A stretch of 63,607 nucleotides of DNA, filler included, from Perkinsus chesapeaki ATCC PRA-425 (taxonomy: Eukaryota > Protista > Perkinsozoa), in assembly GCA_013115145.1 (NCBI GenBank). It is 10 parts of 10 records of this genome, joined end to end, with 100 filler letters (N's around TTAATTAATTAA, not from the genome) between each part and the next. Parts side by side here need not be neighbours in the genome. Positions count along the whole stretch, not along the records: positions 12,633 to 42,540 come from JAAPAO010000448.1; positions 42,641 to 44,026 come from JAAPAO010001994.1; positions 44,127 to 48,931 come from JAAPAO010001222.1; positions 49,032 to 53,371 come from JAAPAO010001276.1; 6 more parts are not named here. One strand, given 5' to 3'. The position numbers and the translations under genes were made by a program. The notes below the pieces were generated by a model. That model had not been told where the DNA came from. It worked only from the letters and a program-made list of their open reading frames with translations, and did not search any database. The stretch's first letter is position 1. Each line of letters starts with the position of its first letter. Below are positions 40,150 to 51,033 of the stretch, piece after piece.

Positions 40150-41433
40150 ACAAAAAAGTCCATCCCCCATGGGCCATATGATATTTAAAACTTACATTAT
40201 TATTAGATTCGTAACGTTGTTGAGTAACTAGTCGGGGAGTAACTAACCTTTTACCAACAATCGTAGGTGGGGCTGATGATGTAACATCATGATTGTGACG
40301 ATGGTGGTGTTGGTGGTGGTGGCTGTGTTCCTTTCTATGATATCGTGCTGATGTTCGACGACCGTTACTATGGTCCTGAGCCCTGCCATCCATTATGGAA
40401 GGGTCATCACAAAACTGATGAGTCTTAATTAAATCATTATCCATAGTGAGAGCCGATGCTGTTATAGGTGGAGCCGTGAAACGATCTGGCTTATGACGGC
40501 TCTTCAAAGCTCGGTTCCATGAACGTGGTCTAATTTCACTATACGGTGATCGACGCTTCTGCTGTAGGTGCAGGTGTTGTTGTTGTTGTTGTTGTTGTTG
40601 CGGTATTTGATAATGATTGCACTGCGGGGGTGTACTGAAGTATAGGAGGTTTAGTTTAGACTTCGTGGTAAGTATTCTACCTGTGTAATGAAGCTTTAAA
40701 CATCTGATGGCCATCACCCCATGTTGTAGCCATATCTTTCTTTTTCATATAACTTGTAACAGTCATTGCGTCTTTAACGGTTTTATACATATCCCTGTTC
40801 CAAATTTTTGCCAACTTATCACATCCACCAGAGTTCGTAGTGTAAGGTGTATTATCCATATCGCTGCTAATCATTCCTGTTCCACCAAAATGTTGATGCT
40901 TTAATGATGACTGAATTAAGGAGGTAACCTTACACAATATTATCAAGTATAAAGTACTATACCTTCACTAACCTTACTTCATTTGACGATGATGATGAGG
41001 ACGATGCTCTGACACGTGCCCTTGGCATAGGTCCCCGAGCGTGGTGTGTGGGGACATTCATTCGATGGAAAACCTTAATATCTGGTGATACAGGAGGCAG
41101 GGCTGCTGCTGCTGCTGCTGATGCTGCACCATCTACAACATGTTTTATCAGACCTTCGTATTCCTTACCATTAGTGCGACTTCGTGTCCTACAACACCAC
41201 TGTCGGATGGTCCTATTACAAATAACTCACCTTTGATCGCTAATGCGATATTTGTCATTACTCCACTGGCTTACAAAGCCTCTTAGATCATAGAATCCGG
41301 CCAAAGTTTCACTTGCTAGGGGGCTGTCTGCTGCTGCTACAGTTGTTGAAGACCGTTCTGGTGGTCGACCCTTCATTTTAACGGGGAGAGACTTTTCATT
41401 AGAAGAGGCAGGTCTCAGAGGAATGGATACCAT
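40150..41433 (-). CDS. Low-complexity hypothetical exons (poly-Q, poly-H, poly-A); may be the N-terminal extension of the PP2C
   Basis: ORFs 41227-41433 and 40097-40717 plus intervening spliced segments. Confidence 0.3.
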
Positions 41434-41721
41434 GGAAATAGGAGCTACCTATCAGTTAATTTACCCTTATAACGGAGCTAGATATGTAAACACTGTAATA
41501 TGGTGGTGCAGATCAATAAAGATCAACACAACTGCTAATGCTAAAGTTGTTGGAAGAATAGTCGGGCGTGAAGCTCAAGACAATAGACAAACAGATGACA
41601 GTAATGATACGTAGCAAAGGGCGTGCCGCTATATTAAAAGGGGGCTTAGACGATTTAGTAATAGGACGTCTATTTGAAAAAGTACCCCTTCATATATCGC
41701 AGAATAACCGATGTACTGAGA

Positions 41722-42540
41722 CTAATGACTCGACTTATGTCCCGTGTTCATACTTGACGATCCAACAGTCCTGGCAACCAGCCAAGTAGTTGGCATACCA
41801 AATAAGAATAGACCCCAACATATCCAAAACTGGGTGGAATAGGATAATCCTAATTCTGGAAGATCCATAGCCCAAGCTATAGCTGCGCCAAGGGATTGAA
41901 CACCTTTATAGAACCCAGTATATCTAGCAGCTAATGTTGCATTATCAGCTGATATAGCACCCATAATCCAATAAGAGAATGTTTGAACAATAGAATCACC
42001 ATAACCATATAATATATAAACAATACATGGATACCAATAATAAGAATGTGTTAAATCAATCTTATCTACATCACTTATAACTTTATTATATCTATCATAA
42101 CCACCTCTATAACCATATTGAAGGTAACATCCTAAACCATATATAATATTAAATACAATAAATACAAACCAGAATCCAATGATTCCACGAGATCTTAATG
42201 TTCTCTTTGGGTTATCAAGTAACATTCCACATGTCCATGCTCCTGTCATTTGAGATAACCAATATAATGCTGAATTAAGACCACGTGTTCTAACTGTAAA
42301 TAACACCCCATTAACGCCATTAAAGACGTATGTATAGAAGTAGTTGGAACCGAAGAATAGGATAAGTAGCATAAGCATATTCTTATCAAGTATAACAGAA
42401 GCTGCATCGGTGAACTCTTCTTTAACTCCTTTTTGTGGAGCAATAACCGCATGACTGCCATTTTCTAAGACAACATTCGATGGATTCCTTAATAGGAAGA
42501 ATGCCGATAAAGAGCCAATAATCATAACAGCAATAAATAC
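41722..42540 (-). CDS. UNC93-like MFS transporter, copy 2 (5'-truncated by the contig end)
   Basis: Near-identical to 37329-38100 apart from a few SNPs; different C-terminal tail. Confidence 0.88.
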   Translation of the reverse strand, partial: VFIAVMIIGSLSAFFLLRNPSNVVLENGSHAVIAPQKGVKEEFTDAASVILDKNMLMLLILFFGSNYFYTYVFNGVNGVLFTVRTRGLNSALYWLSQMTGAWTCGMLLDNPKRTLRSRGIIGFWFVFIVFNIIYGLGCYLQYGYRGGYDRYNKVISDVDKIDLTHSYYWYPCIVYILYGYGDSIVQTFSYWIMGAISADNATLAARYTGFYKGVQSLGAAIAWAMDLPELGLSYSTQFWICWGLFLFGMPTTWLVARTVGSSSMNTGHKSSH

Positions 42541-42640
42541 NNNNNNNNNNNNNNNNNNNNNNNNNNNNNNNNNNNNNNNNNNNNTTAATTAATTAANNNN
42601 NNNNNNNNNNNNNNNNNNNNNNNNNNNNNNNNNNNNNNNN
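42541..42640. other. Artificial contig-joining linker
   Basis: N44-TTAATTAATTAA-N44. Confidence 0.97.
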
Positions 42641-43702
42641 GGTCCCTTACGAGATTATCGTCGTCACGAACGCTCATGTCGAGTGTGTATTGCTAATCGT
42701 TCTCATAGAACTTTCCATCATGAGCTCGGCCGTTCTGTCCTACGGTCAAGCCGTTGTTGGGAATTGATAAGTTGTGATTTTGTAGGACCGTTTAGGTCTC
42801 CATATGGTAACCACTGTGAGGAAGATGATGGTGTTATGGTACTGTTATGTATTGATTCGTTCAGTGGGTATTTGATAGCTGAGAAGTGTCCTAACCATGC
42901 TGATGGCCTGAGCACTCTGAAAGCCTTGCAGTCCGCCTTCTACAGTCATGGATTTCCTCTTATTGTAGTCAGTGATCAGGATCAGCGCTTCGCAGATGTA
43001 CGTGTATCTTCTTGGTTGAAGGCATGTGGTGTACGATGGTATCGAACGCCGCCTCACTGCGAGCGTGCTCATGGTTGGTATGAGACATTGCATAAAACCT
43101 TTCTGCAAATTGTGCGCGCCTTGTTGATTGGAGATGAGTCTCGCACATTAAAGTGGTTTGATGTTATTGATCGTGCCATGTGGACTATCAATCATGTTTA
43201 TCGTCATTCGGCTGACTCGGCTGTCTTCCCAGCTGAACTGCATTTCTGTTATGGCCGTGCTCTTCCCCCTAACTATGATGATAGGGTGATGACGCCCGAG
43301 GCTGCTAAATTCGTCTCTACTATGAGTGAGTTACCTGTTCCCAATCATCGGGACGCTGAAGCATTTATGTTACAATTTCACAATCGACATGCTGATTGTA
43401 TGCAATTAAATACGGCTGAGAGTATCGATCGTGTACTTGCATCTAGACGAGTATTTGCTGGTACGCAGTTGGCTCGACAGGATTTTAAGAAGTTTCAAAT
43501 TGGTGACTATGTTGTCAGATATAACTTTAACCGTCGTGGTAAGCTGGATTCTCGTTGGCTTGTCAACCAGGTTTGCCAAATCGTTGCTATCTCTGGCTCA
43601 GTGGCTACGTTGAAGATTGGTGCTGATTGGCAAGGTCGTCCGCTATTAAAGTCAGAATTTCTTGGAAATTTGAAAGTGGTTCCTAGAGACGGTTCTGATT
43701 AA
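42641..43702 (+). mobile_element. LTR retrotransposon (Ty3/Gypsy-like) integrase at the pol 3' end; open from the contig start
   Basis: CxxC (RSCRVC) of the HHCC finger; DDE core ISCDFVGP...IDSFS...VVSDQ...GWYETLHK; C-terminal KLDSRW region; stop at 43702. Confidence 0.85.
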
Positions 43703-44026
43703 TGATCTATTTATGTTATGGTTATTTATTGATCATTGCTGTATGTTATTATCAATTGATATCAACGGTGGATGTGGATATTATGTTTTATGCTTATTTT
43801 TATGTTGGCTTTGGTGCTGGCTTTTGGTGTATGCGTGCTGTCACCTATCTGCCCGCGTCACTTGTGATATAGCTTGTTATTACTTTTCTGTGCTTTCTTT
43901 CCGTTATTGCTCTGCTGGCTGTTTCGGTCGGTCTTGATGATTGGCCCCCGGGAGTGTTTCCTCATTAGGGTTCGTGCACATTGCAGGAAAGCGATTAGCT
44001 ATATTTCTGTGGGTGCTGTAGCTATA

Positions 44027-44126
44027 NNNNNNNNNNNNNNNNNNNNNNNNNNNNNNNNNNNNNNNNNNNNTTAATTAATTAANNNNNNNNNNNNNNNNNN
44101 NNNNNNNNNNNNNNNNNNNNNNNNNN
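44027..44126. other. Artificial contig-joining linker
   Basis: N44-TTAATTAATTAA-N44. Confidence 0.97.
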
Positions 44127-44440
44127 CCCCCCCCCCCCCCCCCCCCACCTGCTTTTTTTTTTTTTGTTTTTTTTGTTTTTGTTGTTTTTGTTTTTGTTTT
44201 TTTTGTTTTTGTTGTTGTTGTTGTTACTGTTGTTGTTGTTGTTACTGTTTTTGTTGTTGTTGTTGTTAGTGTTATTGTTGTTGTTGTTGTTACTGTTGTT
44301 GTTGTTGTTGTTGTTTTTTTTTTTGTTGTTGTTTTTGTTGTTTTTGTTGTTGTTGTTGTTGTTGTTACTGTTGTTGTTGTTGTTGTTGTTACTGTTATTG
44401 TTGTTGTTGTTGTTACTGTTGCTGTTGTTGTTATTGTTGT
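44127..44440 (+). repeat. Poly-C plus degenerate (GTT)n simple repeat at the contig edge, probably partly sequencing artefact
   Basis: Homopolymer C then T-rich decay of a TTG microsatellite towards the contig end. Confidence 0.8.
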
Positions 44441-46420
44441 TAGGTTCTGAAACATTATTAAATAAAGAATGTTTAGAATGCGCCAACTTTATATCATTAA
44501 CTATGGAAGATATTGGATTTAGTGTTAGATTAATAAATGAAGATGATATTAAAAAATATGAACCAGATCTTCCTAAAGTAGCAGGAGGAGGAGGGAATTA
44601 TGAAAGGGGAAGTAATATAAATTTATGTATAATTGATATACTTGGTTGTAGATATTATTATTATGTATTATAGTAGGTTTGATAGCGGCGGATAATAATG
44701 GATGCAGTAGTATTAATATGAATCCAGTTATTATTGCTAGACTTGGTTGGGATATATCATCATCATCTACTATTATATTATATAGTCATTATGATGTTGT
44801 ACCATCATTATCTGACAATGCATATATATATAAAACTATCAATGGTAGAATATATGGCAGAGGTGCAGCCGACTGTAAAGGGCCATTGGGTGCACAATTA
44901 TTAGCTATTAAAAGATTAATTAAAGAACAAGAACAAGAACAAGATAATAATATTAATAATGATGAAGTTGTTGCTAAATTGCCTAATATAGTTAATAATA
45001 ATATAGATTATTATTATTATTATCTTCTAGTTGTTGTTGTAGGTAATGATATGTGAAGGTATGGAGGAAAGAGGATCTAACGGTTTTCAAGGTGCATTAA
45101 GATGGTGTATACTTAATAATTGGATTGGTATAAATGAATGTATTAATGCTGTTATAGCAACTAATAGTCAATGGATATTAGATGAAGATAAACCTTGTAT
45201 ATGTTATGCTATGAGAGGTGTTATTGATATAACTATACAAGTAGTTACAAGGAGAAATAATAAAGAATATGTAGATGATGATAATACTACAACTGGTTTA
45301 CTTAGTGGTAATAATATATTATTATTATTTATTATTATATATTATTATTAGGTATACATGGTGGAGTAATATGTGAACCATTATTAGATATAATGTATAT
45401 ATGTAATACACTTGTTGATAGTACTGGTTTAATATGTATACCACAATTTTATGATGATGTACGTGAATCAACATATTATGATGATAATGCTATTAATAAT
45501 GTCACCAATACTATTATTAATACTACTACTACTACTACCACAAGGAGAAATAATGATAAAAGTGCTGATATTGCTGATAGATTGAGACGTAATAATAATA
45601 TTATTAGTAGTATTATTATTAATAATAAAGGTACATGGTTATTACCATCATTATCGATATTAGATGTATCAACTGGCATATTATTAAAGGATGATGATGT
45701 TGATGATGAGGGTAAATCAAAGAAGATATATAAAAATTATATACCAGCTGGACATTGTGCACATACTAGAATTATACCACAAGTTGCTACTGCTAATGTT
45801 AGTGTATTAATAATACTACACTGTAGTAGTATATAATAATAGTTATATAATAGATACGATATGTACCAAATCAAGATGGTCAAAAATTAATTAATTTAAT
45901 TGATAAACATGTAAAACATGAATTTATGAAAGTAATAATAATGTTGATGTGTATAATCTATATTATTATGGTTATTCAGCGTCGCTCTAATAACAGCATT
46001 ACAGTTAAAGCTAATAGTTGTTGGAATTATTGGGAGTCTAAAGGAGTATCAACATCAACAAAAGAGAATAATAATGAAAATAATAAACATTTAAATTTAT
46101 TATTGGAAGCCAAAAAAGCAGTTATGAAAGCCTGGCATGTAGATGATGTAATAGTAGTAATGATGAGTTATTGTTGGTTTTATCTCTATTTTTATTAGGT
46201 GTTATTAGTACGTGAAGGGGGTTCAATGGCAGTATTATCATTATTACAAGAAACATTAAATTCACCAACAGTACAGATACCATTAGCAACACCTAAAGAT
46301 AGGCCACATGAAGAAGGAGAAAGTGTAATGAAGATAATCATAATAATTATAATATTATATATTAATAGATACCTATATCAAATCTAATAAAAGGAGCACA
46401 AGTTATACAAAATCTTATTA
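44441..46420 (+). CDS. M20-family peptidase homologue (CNDP/Dug-type), multi-exon, probably 5'-incomplete
   Basis: NPVIIARLG, YSHYDVVP, IYGRGAADCKGP, EGMEERGS, NSQWILDEDKPCICYAMRGV, GIHGGVICEP, REGGSM, QIPLATPKDRPHEEGE. Confidence 0.85.
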
Positions 46421-46699
46421 ATCAATTACAACAACAACAACAACTAGAACTAGGAGCCTGCTGATGATGCAACAGCCTTCATCATCAAGATTATCCCCAC
46501 TTTATTAATAAGATTCATCTTACGTTTTCACAACTATATTATTATTCTTGAGCTCGCCTTTAAATAACATCTCGCTCGCCTTAAATGACAAGACGGTTAT
46601 TGTTAATCTAACATATAGGAGACGGCGGCGGGGGGGGCGACGGTCGTCATTGTTGTTATATGTAGTTTTGGTGTTGTTGCTTTTACCTTGATCATCATC

Positions 46700-47053
46700 A
46701 TGGCAACTCGTCCTAATCCCGACGTTACTGTACCAGATGGATCTGCTAAACGTGGTGCAAAGATATTTAAAGCTAAATGTGCTCAATGTCATACATGTGA
46801 AGAAGGAGGTGCTGGTAAACAAGGTCCACCATTACATGGTCTATTTGGTCGTGATGCTGGTAGTGTTGCTAATTTTGATTATTCAGCATCTAATAAGAAT
46901 TCTGGTATAACCTGGACACCAGAGCATTTATTTTTATATTTGGTCAATCCTAAAAAATATCTACCTGGTACAAGAATGGTATTTGCTGGTATGAAGAAAG
47001 AGAAAGAAAGAGCCGATTTAATTGCATTTGTAAAACAACAACAAGGTTTGTAA
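46700..47053 (+). CDS. CYC1: Mitochondrial cytochrome c, intronless, 117 aa
   Basis: [14 protein letters not shown] (CXXCH), [24 protein letters not shown] (axial Met); alveolate-type N-terminal extension. Confidence 0.97.
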   Translation: MATRPNPDVTVPDGSAKRGAKIFKAKCAQCHTCEEGGAGKQGPPLHGLFGRDAGSVANFDYSASNKNSGITWTPEHLFLYLVNPKKYLPGTRMVFAGMKKEKERADLIAFVKQQQGL

Positions 47054-47640
47054 GTTATACATGAAGAAGAAGATGGCAGTGATGTTTCAGTGATGATAGT
47101 GATGACAGTGTTTGTTATTATTACTACTATTATTGAGTATAAAGGCATATAATACTAATTATTAGTCGCCTTAATACTTATTGTTGTTAAGGCAATATAG
47201 TAGTATGTGATAATAATAATAGGTATTATGATGTGTTATTATTAATAATTGTTGTGTTAAATAAGTATATAATATTATAGATTATGTTACCTGACTATGG
47301 TCATAATGATATGGATAATAATCCATTAACACAACACATGACAATATCATTTATAGATCATCATAGTGATCGACGTAAGTAACTATTATTATAAAATATA
47401 TATATTATTAGTTGGTACAAGAGGCGTACAAGAATTATTAATAAAAGCTAATTATATAGATAAGTCAATAGCGTATTATATTATATATTTATATAATAGA
47501 AAATATAATAATATGCATGATAATAATAATATGTTATATAACTTTATTTAATATTAACATTGTTTTAGTTGTTATTAACATAATAGTTAATGTTGATATT
47601 ATTAAGTAGATTGTCAAGTATTGTTAAAGTGGCGGTATAT

Positions 47641-47925
47641 CATTAATCATTATGGTTGTATATGTGTTATTATTGTATCATTAATCATTATGGTTGTATA
47701 TATGTTATTATTGTATTATTAATCATTATGGTTGTATATATGTTATTATTGTNNNNNNNNNNNNNNNNNNNNNNNNNNNNNNNNNNNNNNNNNNNNNNNN
47801 NNNNNNNNNNNNNNNNNNNNNNNNNNNNNNNNNNNNNNNNNNNNNNNNNNNNTTATTAATCATTATGGTTGTATATATGTTATTATTGTATTATTAATCA
47901 TTATGGTTGTATATATGTTATTATT
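47641..47925 (+). repeat. 38-bp minisatellite spanning a 100-N scaffold gap (47753-47852, no linker)
   Basis: Unit (C/T)ATTAATCATTATGGTTGTATATATGTTATTATTGTAT; about 3 copies before and 2 after the gap. Confidence 0.9.
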
Positions 47926-48103
47926 AGTTATTTCTCTAGCTTTATCTAATGTTACACCGTAATATAATATTCTCAAAAATTACAAGTATAAGGAACAATA
48001 ATAAACGAATAATTAATGTAATAATAATGTATATTATTATAGATTATTATTATTAGTATAATAATATTATAAGATATTATTATAATACTAATGCTGCTGC
48101 TGG

Positions 48104-48850
48104 TAGTAATAGTATGCCACCATGGAGGCAGTGGAATGCTAAATCACCTGATATGGGATCATCATTACATTTAACAAGACAAGATAAAGGTCCAGTTATG
48201 GTATCACCATCCAGAGTTAGGATAGCTATTGGGTAGTAATAATATTAATATTACTTGTTATTATATTAACATCATGAGCAGGAATGATAAGCCTAGTGAT
48301 ATGGATGATTTTACATTAGCGGTTATACAAACTGTACCCTTTGCATATAAATATCATCATCCATTAAATAGAAGTAAACGAATAGCAGGTAATAATAATT
48401 AATAATAATGGTATATAAAGAATAATAATATAGATGGTGATATATTAAAAAAGATAGCGAGTGAAGTTGAAGATAGGTTACCTGATTTAACAGATAATCA
48501 AATAATTAAAATATTATTGTCATTTGATAGAATACGTCCCAGAATTATTCATAGTAATAATAATAATAATAATATATTATTATTATTGATATTGATATTA
48601 GGGACCGCCCATCCTGGTAGATACTTCTTATCACGTCCATTAGCATATATTAATCAACCATTTATAAATAAATTATATCAGGTAGTATTATTAGTATTAT
48701 GATGATTAATAATGCATTATTATTAGAGTATAAACCCATTATCGATAAATAATGTAAAGGTTATGTTAGCATTATTTAGGACATATATTAGATGTGGTAT
48801 AGATCATCCAGAATGGATAAGGTAATATGGAGGAAAAGGAAAGGAGGGCT
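48104..48850 (+). CDS. Multi-exon hypothetical helical protein
   Basis: Spliced exons MPPWRQWNAKSPDMG...; ILKKIASEVEDRLPDLTDNQIIKILLSFDRIRP. Confidence 0.4.
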
Positions 48851-48857
48851 GGTGGTG

Positions 48858-48858
48858 A

Positions 48859-48931
<73 letters not shown>
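48858..48931 (+). repeat. (TAG)n microsatellite at the contig end
   Basis: Direct reading of the sequence. Confidence 0.95.
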
Positions 48932-49031
48932 NNNNNNNNNNNNNNNNNNNNNNNNNNNNNNNNNNNNNNNNNNNNTTAATTAATTAANNNNNNNNNNNNN
49001 NNNNNNNNNNNNNNNNNNNNNNNNNNNNNNN
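48932..49031. other. Artificial contig-joining linker
   Basis: N44-TTAATTAATTAA-N44. Confidence 0.97.
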
Positions 49032-49065
49032 CTGAGGCATTGGACTTGGCGTCCGGGCTTCAGGT

Positions 49066-51033
49066 TTGGCCTTCTCCCATACTCCCGCGCCTTTGGGATT
49101 TCATATTGAACGAAAACGCCACGAAATTGCACGAAAACCGCTGACAGAACTAAAGCAGGTGCTCAAAGTGGCCTCCATTCGCTTTCTGGACGAGTGTGAG
49201 CCTTCGCCTCCATCCTTCGCAAGCCTTCTTTATTGTCACGAGAGGTATCGTTTCCCACGCCGCGGCGAGAACTCGCTTCAAATCGGCGACGCTATTGAGT
49301 TCGCCCCGGTGCTTAAAGACCTCAGACTGCAGGAGACCTCAGAACGCATAGTCCATAACACCAAGATCTGGGCTCTTAACTGGGCGCCGTGCTTTGGTGA
49401 TGGAATCTGGGGTGATCTCTGTCAACCGGATTACGATGATGAAATGGACTTGAAAAGCGTTGAGCTGCTGTGGCACATGTAAAAGAGAAGGGCCCTGAGG
49501 GGGTTCTGCCAGCCCGTTTTGATGAATCTCCGACCACTCAGCTCGATGGAAAATCTTCTATAGCGTGCGGGCGAGACCGCCAAGGATACGCTCATGTAGA
49601 AGAAAGTGAGGCGTTTCGAATGGTATGAGCAGCGGGCTCCAACTCGTTCGCAATAAAAAGTTACACGGAGTGGGCCCTAACTTATTGAACACCCTGTACC
49701 ATTTATGCATGGTAATCCATGTTATCCGTCCGTTTGAATACTTGAACCAAAAATACATAGAGTTATCCAGTGACGCTTCACTCCCTTCCAGATTGCAATT
49801 ATCGAAAAATCAGCATTCCTCCGTTGGAGTAGAATATAATCAGATGATGAAATATGTAGGAGAGAATGGATAAGAAATTCTTATGAAGTTGCGTAATTGA
49901 TTCAATCAATTATGCAACTTCATTGGCAATAGCATTTGACATTAGTCATTGCTCGAGACCGAACTGGAGCAGTATATGACGAAATACCTAAAATCGATTA
50001 TGATAAAACAACAGCGAGTCTTCGGACTGTCGGTACTTGTGGGTCTCGATTTAGTTGGTGTCAGTTGTTCATAGTCACCAAAGAGTCCACGAAGGAAGTC
50101 TTCTTGTTTAGCAACTGTTGCTCGATCTTTCGGCTACAAATCTCTGCACTCTGCAGGACGACCTTTCAACGAAAATGAAAAGCCGCAAGTACGTCCGAAG
50201 CCACGGAGCTTACGTACAATATTAGAGCTGCTGTCGGTCAAAAGTGACAACCGAGATGGGCGGTAATCCAGCGAAGTCTTCAATGGCGTTTCGCTGAGCC
50301 TTTTCTGGAGCGTCATGTCAACCTTCTTAATCAGAGCTCTGTGATTTGCCTTCTCTCGTCGGGATAGAAATCGGAGCGTAATAGTTTAACTATTACGCTC
50401 CGATTTCTATCTATATAGCAATTATCATAACTATTATAGTTATGATAATTGCTAACGTCGCAACCAACAGATGCTTTCTTGGTCATTCGCGCATTCCGGA
50501 GATGTTTCTGTTCGAAGGCGCCAAACTGCAATTCTGTAATGCTTCAAACCTGCCCTTCCAGTATTCAGCCTCGTCGTGTGCTGCTCTGCACAATCCCAGT
50601 ATGTCTGCTATCGATGATGATGACATGGCGAGGTTATTCGTAACAGTTCAACTGAAAGCTTATACGTTGAGTCGGAGCTGTGTGCCGCAAGTCCCATTAT
50701 GGTGGGATGATGAAGCCTTTCCATCGTGGAGACTCCACGGGGGTCGTTCCCGAAAGTCTACTGAGCGTGTATTTAATTTGGCTTCGAGGTTAAACGTGAT
50801 GATTACATCCTATTCCATCCTGGTCATGGATGATCGGATCATCTTTTTTCGCCGTGATCATCTTTGACGCCCAGGGTGAGATAGGGACGGTTACAAGCAG
50901 ACTGAAACCGTCGTACAAAACGGTGAATTATGCCCTAGCTGAGCTGCTCGTGGAGCTGATATTGCTGACCATCGCAGCACACTTGGAATTGAAAGCAGCA
51001 TCCACATACTGTAACGTATATCTTCATCTCTAA
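49066..51033 (+). CDS. Probable intron-rich hypothetical gene (possible WD40-like IWALNWAP motif)
   Basis: ORFs 49066-49482, 49936-50178 and 50442-50867 with plausible splice sites; family not established. Confidence 0.25.

Noticed and set aside
40760-40860. SGGCDKLAKIW, a WD40/Rae1-like fragment
   Set aside because: Isolated short motif with no further WD repeats; overlaps a low-complexity gene region
44075-44673. Poly-T/K, poly-N and poly-L ORFs
   Set aside because: Translations of a (GTT)n microsatellite and poly-C edge, likely read-end artefact
47656-47962. ORFs spanning the N gap
   Set aside because: Translations of the 38-bp minisatellite across unknown bases
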